A DNA stretch of 64,000 nt from a virus, in IMG/VR virus record IMGVR_UViG_3300034101_003479, positions 1 to 64,000 of that record, one strand, 5' to 3'. Below the pieces are notes generated by a model that worked only from the letters and a program-made list of their open reading frames with translations, was not told the origin of the DNA and ran no database searches. Positions 27,127 to 37,500 of this stretch are shown one piece after another. Made by a program: the position numbers and the translations under genes. The stretch's first letter is position 1; each line of letters begins with the position of its first letter.

Positions 27127-27711
27127 TTACTGCAAATACTGTTGTGGGATTATGTCAATAATTAGATGAACCCTGCTGAATTTAGATTTATTTTCAACTC
27201 TGTGCATCTTGTTGTTATTTATCTCCCAGCATTGCCCCTCTTTCATAGTTGCATCTTCGCCATCTATTGAAAATATGACCTCGTCATTTGTTATTATAGG
27301 AATATGGTTTCTGCGGGAAACATCAAGATAATCTCCAACATCCCAATGGGCTGGAATTATACTATTGCCGTTAAGCATGGCAAACATAACGTTTCCCATT
27401 CTTCCACCATGAATGCGCTTTAAATCCATTACTATTGGGTATACAGCATTCCATAGAGCCGACCCCTGATTACTTATTCTTTGTATATACGGGTCTTTAA
27501 CTTTCCATGCTATATCATATTTGTGCAAAAAGTATGAAAATGTACCAGCTAATGCTTTATGCTGGAAGCGCTCATCTTTGCCCAAAACCCATTCTTGATC
27601 CAAATCTTTGATTAGCTCTTTTATCTTTGACACATCATAGTCTTTATGATGCTTAAACGCAAATTCTTCTTGCCTCTTTGATATGTCCACCTTGTTTTTA
27701 TTTTCCATCAT
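27127..27711 (-). CDS. aspartyl/asparaginyl beta-hydroxylase-like 2OG-Fe(II) oxygenase
   Basis: IPAHWD, HIPIITN, EINNNKMHRVEN, RVHLIID. Confidence 0.88.
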   Translation of the reverse strand: MMENKNKVDISKRQEEFAFKHHKDYDVSKIKELIKDLDQEWVLGKDERFQHKALAGTFSYFLHKYDIAWKVKDPYIQRISNQGSALWNAVYPIVMDLKRIHGGRMGNVMFAMLNGNSIIPAHWDVGDYLDVSRRNHIPIITNDEVIFSIDGEDATMKEGQCWEINNNKMHRVENKSKFSRVHLIIDIIPQQYLQ

Positions 27712-27729
27712 ATCTATATTATACTCCTA

Positions 27730-28296
27730 TTATCTTTTAGTCAATACTTCGTTAGAATAATGGGCAATGCCAAATGCATCTGCTACGTCAAAATCATTTA
27801 ATGATAGGCTATATTTTTTATTAAAATAGTCTACAGTTCTTTGCTTACGCATATTTCGTAATTGAGTTTTATACCAAGAATCTGCATACCCTGGATTCTT
27901 TAATCTTATTGCTGCCTTTTCGTCTTTGGTTGGGTTCTTATTTCCAATATACGCCTGCCAGGAGCTAGGTGGGATAGTAATAACCGAAGCCCCAGTAGAC
28001 ATAAGCTCAGCAATAACAACACCGTAGACGTATGATAATTTTATTACCGCATCGGGTGATCTGACAAGTATGGCACCTTCGACAACAATATAATCAGACT
28101 TTAATTCATCTAGCATTGCATTCATTTTTATTTTTGCGTCATATATTTTTTCGTATATATCTGCGCCTTTAAACTCTATCTTCCCCCACTTTAAAGGAAT
28201 ATTGTTTTCCATTAAGCAAAAGGCCACGGAGTTTGTTGAGGCATCTATTCCAAGCACTCTATGCGCTTTAGTTTTTACTAGACTAGCTAAGTTCAC
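27730..28296 (-). CDS. ruvC: RuvC-like Holliday junction resolvase
   Basis: VLGIDAS, IVVE, DVADAFGIA acidic triad. Confidence 0.85.
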   Translation of the reverse strand: MNLASLVKTKAHRVLGIDASTNSVAFCLMENNIPLKWGKIEFKGADIYEKIYDAKIKMNAMLDELKSDYIVVEGAILVRSPDAVIKLSYVYGVVIAELMSTGASVITIPPSSWQAYIGNKNPTKDEKAAIRLKNPGYADSWYKTQLRNMRKQRTVDYFNKKYSLSLNDFDVADAFGIAHYSNEVLTKR

Positions 28297-28561
28297 TTAT
28301 TATGCCCCACAAAATCTTTTTGCTTTCGTTATTTAAATTTTTTTCACAAGTAGAACATACAGATAGCTGGTTATATCTGCTTAGTTTAGTTTTGCAAAAC
28401 TTACAAGATCTTTTTGCGCCGTTCTTGATTGCCTTTTTTTCATAATACTTTTCCATAATTTTACGATTTGTTGCAACCCTACAGCATTGCTCATTACAGT
28501 ATTTTTGATTATGTGTTTTTGGCTCAAAGTCTTTTGCACATTCTATGTTTGAGCAAATCAT
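28283..28561 (-). CDS. Cys-rich zinc-finger protein
   Basis: Cx4C, QKYCxxxC, CxxC, CxxC. Confidence 0.75.
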   Translation of the reverse strand: MICSNIECAKDFEPKTHNQKYCNEQCCRVATNRKIMEKYYEKKAIKNGAKRSCKFCKTKLSRYNQLSVCSTCEKNLNNESKKILWGIISELS

Positions 28562-29334
28562 ATTTTTGGAACCTCAAATTTTTCAATCTGAACAGTTCCA
28601 GTTTCCATAGACCAGCATGCATCTTTTGCTGGGCAGTACTTGCAAGAAGATGTCGACTTTGTAAAAGATCTCATTGGAAGATCGCCTTCTTTAAAGTTAT
28701 CCCAAACCTCGCACATCCATGTAAAAGTATCATCAATAATCTTTTTATTTCTATCATTCATTACGACTGGTATGATGACAACTTCCTGCGTGTTTTTATT
28801 TTCATACAAAAAGAATCCCTCTTTGGCATCAGTTAGCTTCATGTAAGTAAGAAGCTGTAGCATATGGTTTGCTGAGGACTTCATCTCTGCTTGACGGGTA
28901 TCCCAAACCTCTTGCTTGGCGGTTTTGATTTCACCAATTATTGTTTCGCCATCCCATTCCATAACCAGGTCAATAAACCCTCTAATTGGTGGGTATTCGT
29001 TTTTAATTTCACGCTCTTCCTCAACAAAGTTAGGCATTGTCTTAATTAAATTTTGCAGTCTTTCGTGAGCCTGTGTACCCTGAGCCATATTAGCAATAGC
29101 AACAGAATCGTTATCGTTAATAAACATAACTCCGCTAAATGCAAGATACCAATATCTAGGACAATTACCGTGTCCATACCCCAAAGAGCTTGGGCTAAAA
29201 GATGTTTTTGTTGTTACAGCATCTTCTCTTTTGGTTGCTAGGTATGCGTCATCAAGCATCTTGGCAAACACTTCTGGATCAAATTTACCAGAAGTTTTTT
29301 TAAACTTTAAGTTCTTAACGATATCTCTACCCAT
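28558..29334 (-). CDS. Cas4-like PD-(D/E)XK exonuclease
   Basis: CPRYWY, GT..H, GFID, EIKT, QL..Y, CKYCP...C; start ATG 29334. Confidence 0.88.
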   Translation of the reverse strand: MGRDIVKNLKFKKTSGKFDPEVFAKMLDDAYLATKREDAVTTKTSFSPSSLGYGHGNCPRYWYLAFSGVMFINDNDSVAIANMAQGTQAHERLQNLIKTMPNFVEEEREIKNEYPPIRGFIDLVMEWDGETIIGEIKTAKQEVWDTRQAEMKSSANHMLQLLTYMKLTDAKEGFFLYENKNTQEVVIIPVVMNDRNKKIIDDTFTWMCEVWDNFKEGDLPMRSFTKSTSSCKYCPAKDACWSMETGTVQIEKFEVPKI

Positions 29335-29824
29335 TGTTTGGCACCCACATTTTTTCTTTTCCTTTATTGTGATATCTAGCCATAACAAACAATAAGTCTG
29401 ATAGACGATTTAAATACTTAGCAATGTTTGGATTTACATTTTCTATCTTCCAAACCTCACGCTCTGCCCTTCTTACAACAGTCCTTGCATTGTGCAGTGG
29501 ACCTGTTGGTAAAACAAAAGATCTTAGAGGTTCTAGATATTCATTGTAGTCATCAATTACATTTTCTAAATATGTCACTCTGTTTTCAGATATTGCTATT
29601 GTTGGGGCCCCCGCAAGCTCTGCACCAAGATCAAATAAGTCGCTCTGAACTCTTTCAATAATATCATTATACTCATCTGTTGCCATTCCAATAGCAGAGT
29701 TAGCCTCATCTACAGCACCTATTGCTTCCATTACGGGGCTAGTCTTAGACACCCTTTCGTTATTAGCGTTAGAGGTTTGCCCATCGTCACCAGTTTTAGT
29801 ATAAATTTTACTTAGTATTACCAT
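29327..29824 (-). CDS. pduO: PduO-type cob(I)alamin adenosyltransferase
   Basis: KIYTKTGDDGQT, GAVDEANSAIG, RTVVRRAER, YLNRLSDLLF; start ATG 29824. Confidence 0.95.
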   Translation of the reverse strand: MVILSKIYTKTGDDGQTSNANNERVSKTSPVMEAIGAVDEANSAIGMATDEYNDIIERVQSDLFDLGAELAGAPTIAISENRVTYLENVIDDYNEYLEPLRSFVLPTGPLHNARTVVRRAEREVWKIENVNPNIAKYLNRLSDLLFVMARYHNKGKEKMWVPNNG

Positions 29825-29985
29825 TAATGACCCCTTAAAGAACGCCAAATATCTACTGCAATTTCATTAACTACAGATAAAGCAACAACTGTTATAAAAA
29901 GCTGAGCAATAACTAATATTGGAAAAGATTTATTCTTAACCTTTTCTTCTAATAATTCTACTTCTTCTAATAACTCTACGGCCAT
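29824..29985 (-). CDS. small single-TM membrane protein (53 aa)
   Basis: Read manually (MAVELLEEVELLEEKVKNKSFPILVIAQLFITVVALSVVNEIAVDIWRSLRGH); coupled on both sides. Confidence 0.65.
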   Translation of the reverse strand: MAVELLEEVELLEEKVKNKSFPILVIAQLFITVVALSVVNEIAVDIWRSLRGH

Positions 29986-30425
29986 CTTACTTCTCCTTTA
30001 GTAGAAAATACTAGGCCAAGGTGGTCTCCTGGTTCGACAAAAGTTTCATTAATTCCCTTTTGTGCCCAGCCCCATTCATTTCTTGGAAATGGCAAGGCCT
30101 GATTCTTTTTTACTAACACGGCCCAATATGCATTTTCTGGTGGCATGTCTTGGCATTTTTCAACACTGTTGTTGGGAAAATTATTTACTCTGCAGACAAC
30201 AGCATTTCCATACTTTGCTGTCCCCTCTATCTTATATCCATTTGCTTTTAATAGGTCTAAAGAATTAACTTTACCACTAGCACTGACGCATTTCTTTTCT
30301 ACTGTAGAATTATTTCCGTAGTCTACGTGTAGGTTAATGCACTCTGGTTGATTAGAATTTAAAACAAACAATCCTATTGCTGAGCCAATAAAAATAAACA
30401 AAAACATAATTCTTTTTTTAATCAT
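29976..30425 (-). CDS. exported protein resembling DUF4430/transcobalamin-C-like cobalamin-binding domain
   Basis: N-terminal TM; LHVDYG, VVCRVNNFP, C..MPP..AYWA, W.WAQKG, PGD.LGLVF pattern. Confidence 0.55.
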   Translation of the reverse strand: MIKKRIMFLFIFIGSAIGLFVLNSNQPECINLHVDYGNNSTVEKKCVSASGKVNSLDLLKANGYKIEGTAKYGNAVVCRVNNFPNNSVEKCQDMPPENAYWAVLVKKNQALPFPRNEWGWAQKGINETFVEPGDHLGLVFSTKGEVRWP

Positions 30426-30769
30426 TAGTTATACCTAACCACATACTTAAGCGCATCTACAAGTTTGTCTATTGATTCTTTTAAAGAATAATAAACGTTC
30501 TTTTTATTGTTGTTTGTAGTGCCAGCTTTATCTTTTGCAATAGTGGAATAATATGAGGCAAGTACAGCAAATTTAGTAGACATTGCCTGAAGCTCCATAA
30601 TAAGCATTGGTGATTTTGCAGATGGCACATCTGGGTTCATTAATAGTTTTACTACAACTGCTAGAGCTTTATCCAAGTGTTCATCTTTCATAAATTCATG
30701 AAGGTCATTAAACTCAGTAATATCACTGATCAGTTCTAGAGTATTTTTTGAATCAGTTTTATTTTCCAT
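30425..30769 (-). CDS. hypothetical helical phage protein
   Basis: ORF track. Confidence 0.75.
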   Translation of the reverse strand: MENKTDSKNTLELISDITEFNDLHEFMKDEHLDKALAVVVKLLMNPDVPSAKSPMLIMELQAMSTKFAVLASYYSTIAKDKAGTTNNNKKNVYYSLKESIDKLVDALKYVVRYN

Positions 30770-30859
30770 CTCTATTTACCCAATCTGTGTAGTATCCAGC
30801 CCATAGTCCTAATGGGTATGCAATTACAATCCCAAGCAAAACTCCAAAAAGAAACTCAA

Positions 30860-31675
30860 TCAAAAGTGTAACCTCCATATACCGTCGCATCTTAAGGCAT
30901 GTGCCTGTAAGGTAATTCTTCGTTCATCTGTTTTTGCATTTACTGGTGGGGCAATTTGATGCCATGGATCACCAATAACATAAAACAAACTTCCCTTAAA
31001 GTATTCTACAATCTTTGGCTTATCCATATCAAACTCTAAAATCTTTTCGCCATTAAATGGATAACCAGAAGCAGATTTAATTCTATCTAAATCTGACATA
31101 GCGTCCTTTTTTATACTATTTGCATATTCTGTTTCAGAATCCATATCCATATCTTTGTCCCAAACTACAAGGCCAGATCCATTTTTATGAATGTCTAAAG
31201 CAACAGTTATTGTTAGTAGGTCATCTTCAACTTCTTTATACTTTGACCAAACTCCCTTATGATTATATGAAACTGTATCTGAATGTAGCTCTGTGGAATA
31301 TCCAAGATTTGGTATTGGGTTAGCCGACCCCATGTTTTTCTTTTTTAAACCAAAAACTTGAAACCCAGGAATAGCAAGGCTTTCCTCTAATTCACATTTG
31401 CCAACTAGTGGCTCCATTGTTTTAATAATTAATTCGTATAAATAAGAAAAGTTTTCTTTTAATACCGAATTCATCTTGACTGCGGAGTCAGCATATTGAT
31501 TTGGTCTAGCACCTTTATAGGAATCTAAGTACGATGCTGCTCCTACTGTATAGAACATGTTTAAGCCGTTTCTTGGCCTTGGGGTCCAATGTTCTTCTAA
31601 TCTATCTAATATATCGATTGTTTTTAGGCAATCTTCTTCAGACATTAATTTTATCAAGCCATATTGTTTAATCAT
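30860..31675 (-). CDS. 2OG-Fe(II) oxygenase-like protein
   Basis: LHSD, HQI, RITLQ motifs. Confidence 0.7.
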   Translation of the reverse strand: MIKQYGLIKLMSEEDCLKTIDILDRLEEHWTPRPRNGLNMFYTVGAASYLDSYKGARPNQYADSAVKMNSVLKENFSYLYELIIKTMEPLVGKCELEESLAIPGFQVFGLKKKNMGSANPIPNLGYSTELHSDTVSYNHKGVWSKYKEVEDDLLTITVALDIHKNGSGLVVWDKDMDMDSETEYANSIKKDAMSDLDRIKSASGYPFNGEKILEFDMDKPKIVEYFKGSLFYVIGDPWHQIAPPVNAKTDERRITLQAHALRCDGIWRLHF

Positions 31676-31803
31676 TTTTGTATTTTCTTTTTAGTTATAT
31701 AGGGACCAAGATCTGCTTTGATTGCTCCATCTTTTCTTAGCCTAACAATTCTACCATTTTTAATAACTGTTTTATTAAAAGGTATCTTATTATTATTTCC
31801 CAT
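31672..31803 (-). CDS. small basic protein (43 aa)
   Basis: Read manually (MGNNNKIPFNKTVIKNGRIVRLRKDGAIKADLGPY...); ATGA overlap with the next gene. Confidence 0.6.
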   Translation of the reverse strand: MGNNNKIPFNKTVIKNGRIVRLRKDGAIKADLGPYITKKKIQK

Positions 31804-32101
31804 TTTTTTCCTCCCAACAATTTATTAACTCTTCTAAAACAGACCACTCAATTATTCCTAGTCTAACCTTTGACTCATTGCCTATTATTATTTTGAGCGC
31901 TGGGTGCATGTCTCTATCCACCTTAAATGTGTCTGTGCATATTTTTGCCCAAACATCTTTATTTAATGTAAATGACTTTGAAGCCTCTTTATAATCAACT
32001 AAGAACTGGTTCCACTTAGCATCACCTTTTTGATAGTCTCCCCTGCCAGAATTTTTTTGAGCTTTTGCGCCATCACGTTTAACCTCTGATCGTTCCGACA
32101 T
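31793..32101 (-). CDS. PD-(D/E)XK endonuclease / resolvase-like protein
   Basis: SE, NSG, KGDA, VDYKE motif spacing. Confidence 0.65.
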   Translation of the reverse strand: MSERSEVKRDGAKAQKNSGRGDYQKGDAKWNQFLVDYKEASKSFTLNKDVWAKICTDTFKVDRDMHPALKIIIGNESKVRLGIIEWSVLEELINCWEEKNGK

Positions 32102-32289
32102 TAGTTCACCCTGTATTGATTGCTATGTCCATCGGGGCACTGCCAAGACATTATTAATGTATCTGGGTCCCAGAAAGACTCTTCTGCATCTTTACTGCAT
32201 TTGCCACATGGTTTTGTTCCAGAAATAGTTTCTAGATTATTCTTTTGTATCTTTTCTTTTTTATTAAAGAATTCATTTAGATTGGGCAT
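32101..32289 (-). CDS. small zinc-binding protein
   Basis: CGKC...CPDGH. Confidence 0.7.
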   Translation of the reverse strand: MPNLNEFFNKKEKIQKNNLETISGTKPCGKCSKDAEESFWDPDTLIMSWQCPDGHSNQYRVN

Positions 32290-33184
32290 TGATGTTAACC
32301 CTTTCCATTTGATCTGTATTTAATATTTTTGGTGGAAGAACCCAAGTTGATAAGTCTTTCATTCCTGGTGAGGTCAGGAAAACCACACCATCTTCTTCCC
32401 ACATAAAAGGAACTTTGTGGTTTGTTTGATTTGAAGATTTTGTATACGATCCAGATTTAAATTCGTCAGAACCTTCTGTCTCTATACAATAATTCATTCT
32501 AATTGCGTATCTATCGTTTTTATATGTAGTAAGTACACCGTGATAAAATGGCTCACATGAAGGGAAAACAACGGCATCTCCTGCTTTTGGTTTTAGTCCA
32601 ACTATTTTTGTTCCGTCAAAGAAACAAATTTCTCCTCCATCATAGTCATCGTTTAGGTATAGCATTACTGTAAAGATTAGTTTATATCCTGGAGAGTCCA
32701 TATCTTGTTCAAAATAGTCACTGTGAAATGCAGAGGATGTCTTTAAAAATCTTTTATCTTGATAATCTTTTTCATAGTTATACTTCAGAAATGCAATTTT
32801 TGTATTTTTTGCCTCTGTCAGTAAATCAACCTTCTTATAGGAACTTGGCCAAATGTTTTTGTTTCCATATTTAGATATAAAATCTTTTGAAATATACTTA
32901 TATGAATTATAAATATTTTGGAAAATTTCTTTTTGACGGACATCCTCTTGATTATTTTTGTCTAAAGGATTTGCATTAATTGATTGAGAGTCTATTTCTG
33001 TCATTATACCCATGTCTCCCCAATCATGAAATTTTTTCATAATGTAGGTATCTTCGGTATAACTTTCTGCTTCCTTGAAAAAAGAAAGCAGCTTATCAAT
33101 ATCCTTAAAAGCATTTCTATATACAATTGCACCAGGGATTAAACTGTATGCTTCTATATCATTTGCTTTATCAGAATTTTGCAT
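32273..33184 (-). CDS. 2OG-Fe(II) oxygenase, prolyl-4-hydroxylase-like
   Basis: HSD, YLNDDYDGGEI, KPKAGDAVVFPS, HGV, RYA. Confidence 0.9.
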   Translation of the reverse strand: MQNSDKANDIEAYSLIPGAIVYRNAFKDIDKLLSFFKEAESYTEDTYIMKKFHDWGDMGIMTEIDSQSINANPLDKNNQEDVRQKEIFQNIYNSYKYISKDFISKYGNKNIWPSSYKKVDLLTEAKNTKIAFLKYNYEKDYQDKRFLKTSSAFHSDYFEQDMDSPGYKLIFTVMLYLNDDYDGGEICFFDGTKIVGLKPKAGDAVVFPSCEPFYHGVLTTYKNDRYAIRMNYCIETEGSDEFKSGSYTKSSNQTNHKVPFMWEEDGVVFLTSPGMKDLSTWVLPPKILNTDQMERVNINAQSK

Positions 33185-34175
33185 CTATTTCCTCTTTTAG
33201 TTTAACAACAACTTCTGGATTGTCCTTTAGGTACTGCACAGCTTTGGCACGACCCTGAAGTCTTTCACCGTTGACTGTATACCAAGCTCCGCCTTTTTCA
33301 ACAACCCCTGTCATTTCTGCAACGTCTAATGTCTCTCCTATATAATCTACACCAAGAGTTTCCCCTTGGTAGTAAAAGTCATACTGTCCTGAAAGATTAG
33401 GGGGGCCGAGTTTGTTGTAATCAATAATCCAGTTAACTGGTCTTCCGACTCTTTGTTCGATAATCTTGTCGCCAACTTTAATACCAGCTTTAATAGCATT
33501 AGCCTCAGCTTCAGACGACCATAGCTTAATGACTGTGGAAGAAAAGAACTTGACTGCCATGCCACCTGTGGGGATGTGACTAGCATGCATAGATCCAAAT
33601 TGATTTCTTTGTTGCGAGATGAGAACAAGTAGTGTTTTTTTGTTTGCATAATTTAACATCTTGACTGCGTGGGTCATATCCTTTGCTTCAGCGCCGATTT
33701 GCTTTGTATCCTGCAAATCTTTCATTTCATTTCCATCTTTTTCAAAATAAATTGCTGGCAACAATGCAGAAATTGAGTCAACAACTATCATATCAACGCC
33801 AGCATCCATTAGTTTTGTTGCAACATCAACCATATCGTTAACTGTTTTTGCTGAAGAATAAATTAGTTTAGATGAATCTACTCCTAAAGACTCTGCCCAA
33901 GACTGATCGTAAGAAGCTTCAGCATCAATCCATGCACAAGTCTTGCCCTCTTTCTGAGCTATTGCTATCATCTGTAAACAAAAAGAAGATTTTCCAGCAG
34001 ACTTATTTCCCCATACAAGAACTTGTCTGCCGTAGCCTAGCCCTCCACGGAGAGCCATGTTTAATCCAATGCTTGGTGTTTTTTGTTTTTCAACAACAAC
34101 ATTTTGTGCTGATTGCACTCTTGCTCTTGTTTTTGGGTCTAGCTTTGCTAATACATCATCTATTAAAATATTCAT
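33171..34175 (-). CDS. recA: RecA/UvsX recombinase
   Basis: GNKSAGKSS, WIDAE, VVDSI, TGG, GAWY. Confidence 0.95.
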   Translation of the reverse strand: MNILIDDVLAKLDPKTRARVQSAQNVVVEKQKTPSIGLNMALRGGLGYGRQVLVWGNKSAGKSSFCLQMIAIAQKEGKTCAWIDAEASYDQSWAESLGVDSSKLIYSSAKTVNDMVDVATKLMDAGVDMIVVDSISALLPAIYFEKDGNEMKDLQDTKQIGAEAKDMTHAVKMLNYANKKTLLVLISQQRNQFGSMHASHIPTGGMAVKFFSSTVIKLWSSEAEANAIKAGIKVGDKIIEQRVGRPVNWIIDYNKLGPPNLSGQYDFYYQGETLGVDYIGETLDVAEMTGVVEKGGAWYTVNGERLQGRAKAVQYLKDNPEVVVKLKEEIDAKF

Positions 34176-34275
34176 TGTTTTCTTTCTCTATATGCTTATT
34201 ATAGCATTAAAATCAGGGTTTGTGTCATTGTAATTAAAGTCTTTTGATCTTTTATTTAATACGGGAGCAGGAATT

Positions 34276-34515
34276 TCATTGATCTGATTCTGCATCAGCA
34301 TCCTGATTATCAGTTTGTTGTTCAATGTTCTCCTTTAGCTCAAATACAAACGAGGAGCTATCCTCAAGATATTCGACGTTTAAACTTTTTTCTGAGTTAG
34401 ATGCGTTTAAAAATACATCAATCGGAATTGATACCTTTTTTTGCGACTCTAATATTGCAACTAAAATATTAGTAGCATTCATTGCTTGATATATTTCTGC
34501 TGGGGTTTTACTCAT
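34276..34515 (-). CDS. hypothetical protein
   Basis: ORF track; ATGA overlap with the dnaE stop. Confidence 0.7.
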   Translation of the reverse strand: MSKTPAEIYQAMNATNILVAILESQKKVSIPIDVFLNASNSEKSLNVEYLEDSSSFVFELKENIEQQTDNQDADAESDQ

Positions 34516-37500
34516 CTTATTTCCTTTATCATTAAAGTTCCATCTTCTAGTTTAGACAAAACGGGTTTACATTTCATTCCCTCACGCATTCTGCCAAGCA
34601 CCTTTGAATACATAGTTGGGAAAGCAATTGCACGTTGCAATTCTTTATTTTTATTAGTCATAACAATGTGTGCCATTGTTTTTCCAGCTTTTGTTTTATA
34701 TGGATTAAAATTAATTACCATCATTTCATCATCTTCCATATCATATTCTTTTCTATACAGATAGTCAACAAATAGGTCTGAGCCATTGGGGTCAATTTCA
34801 TTGACCTTAACGTATCTTGCAATTCTATTATCTCCGACCAGAATAAAATACATCTGTCCTGTTTCAATTTGAGTTTGCTCATTATGAAATAATCCAATTG
34901 ATCCAGTTTCATCAACAAGCTCTACTCTAGCCCACCCAGTTCCTCTTTTTATACTTTTAACCATTCCAAATACTGGGAATGATCCTAGGTCATCAAAGTC
35001 TTGAATTGGTCTTGCTTGAGCTTTAATTCTTGGTGGCAAATCAATATTAAATGTTGGTATACCTAAGTATTCGTAATAGTTTTCTTTTTCTTTGCCAGTA
35101 CGCTTATTATCCTCAAAAGCAGCCCCACCAATACTATTAAGAGCAGAAATAGCCCTGCTGTTAATCCCACTACCCTTGGTAGACGCCTTTTGAATAAACT
35201 CCGAATAGTCTTCATACGGTCTCTTTTCTATGATTTTATTAGCTATGCTGTCCGATATAAACTTGACTTCAGCTAAGCCAAATTGAACTGCATTTTCTTT
35301 AAGAGAAAAATACAATTCTGATTCATTGATGTGAGGCAATAAAATTTTAAGATTTAATCTCTTAGCCTCAATCAAATATTCTGTTCTTTTATCTTTGTCA
35401 TTTTCGTTTTTAAGAATTGAAAAAATAAATTCAAGTGGGTAATAGTGCTTAAGCCAAGCCGTATAATAACTAAGCATGGAATAAGCAACAGCATGGCTAC
35501 GGTTAAAAGAGTAGCCAGCATGAGCCTCGAAATCATGCCATAACGCTTCGGCCTTTTTCTTAGTAATGTGTTTTGAAGCCCCATCAATAAATTGATCTTT
35601 GAACTGGTCGAATTCTTTTGCATCCTTCTTCTTTCCGATGATTTTACGAACTTTGTCAGCTTCTGACCAAGACATACCACCTAAATGTACACAAGCCTGC
35701 ATAACTTGCTCCTGATATATAATAACACCATACGTATTTTCTGTAAAAGGCTTCATAATCTCATGAACATAGCTAACGGCTTCTCGTCCATGCTTTCTAT
35801 TAATATATGAAGCTCCTACAGTATTCATTGCTCCTGGTCTAACCAAAGCATTAGATGCAGCAAGATCTTCAAATTTGTCCACACCCATTTTAATTAAAAG
35901 GTTTGTGTACGGTGTAGCTTCAGCTTGGAATACTCCCTTTGTATATCCTTCGCTTAATGTTTTATAAACATCTAGGTCGTCAAGTGGTAATTCAGACAAT
36001 ACAATTTCTTTATTGTGTCTTTCTTTGATTGCTTTTAATGTGTCTGAAATTACAGATAATGTTTTTAGTCCAAGTGCATCTAGCTTAATAAGACCAATGT
36101 CTGCGACTGTATCCATGTCATACGCTACTACTGGGATACGACCAGAAACTTTATCTTGTGCATCCTCACGAGATTCAATAGGAGCAAAATTTCTTAGATC
36201 ATCCTTTGCAACGACAACTCCAGCAGCATGAACTCCAACGCTTCTAATTTTTCCACGCAGTCTTTCTGCAAGCCACACAACTTCTGGGTACTTCATTCTA
36301 AACTCTTTTGTGTTTGGAGACTCCATAAAGTCTTCAAATGTATCAATTGATTTCATTGCACGATTTACATCCTGCAACGGAACCATAAATACACGAGCAG
36401 CATCTCTAATTACTCCCTTATCTTTAAAGTAAGTGTATGTAGAAATAGATGCCACATGCTTGAATTTCTTTTTGAGGTAATCCTTTACTTCCTTACGGCG
36501 ACGATCTTCAAAGTCTGTGTCGATATCTGGAAAGTCGTTACGTTCTGGATTAATAAATCTAAAAAATAGCAAGTCATACTCAATTGGGTCTACATCTGTA
36601 ATTCCAAGAGAGTAGCAGACCAAAGACCCAGCAGCAGAACCACGTCCTGGACCCACCATGATATTATTTTGTTTAGCCCAATTAATCATATCTGCTACCA
36701 CAAGAAAGTATGATGCAAATGATTTATCTTTAATTATAGATAACTCTTCTGCTAGCCTGTCCGTGTAGACCTGGTCCCCGTCCAGACCTAGCCTTTTAAG
36801 GCCCTCAGAGGCCATTTGAGAGAGTTTCTCGTCAGCATCCGTCTTGGGTACTGGGAGTAGGTCTAAACCGCTGTTAAAATCGTATTGGCCAATTTTATTG
36901 GCTATCTCAATAGTGTTCTCATAAATGTCTGTTCGTTTAATTCCAGATTTATTAAAGTCTGACTCTATTTCTTCCCTAGATTGGATAAATAGGTTATAGT
37001 CTTGAAAAGAGATTCTTCTATCTGGATATAGGTAGTTGAATCGATCTAGCATATTATTCATATTTCTAGACATTTCAAAGTCTGCTTCTTTATCTGATTT
37101 AGGTGATGTGGAAAGAATTAGCATGGCTTCTTCCAAAACCTTATCTTCGCCTTTAGCAAAGTGTGCATCTCCTGTGGCAACTGGCTTGATTCCAAGCTCA
37201 TCTGCCAACTCTAGCAACTTGCTATTTATTTCTTCTGGGTTGTGAGACTGTACTTCAATGTAAAAGTCTTCGCCAAAAGTTTGCTTAAAGTCCTTGAGTA
37301 TAAGTTTTGCTTCTGAGAATTCCTGGCGTTCAATAGCTTTACTAATAAGACCATTGAGGCATCCAGAAAGAACAATAATGTCTTTTGCATATTCCTTTAG
37401 AACCTCCCTATCAATTCTAGGCTTATGGTAAAACCCTTCGTTCCAAGCTAATTCTTGCAGTCTATTAATATTGCTTAGTCCGTTTTGATTTTTTGCTAAC

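Noticed and set aside
28558-29334. Cas4-like gene as a CRISPR-Cas system
   Set aside because: No other cas genes or array; solo Cas4-like nucleases are common in phage recombination modules
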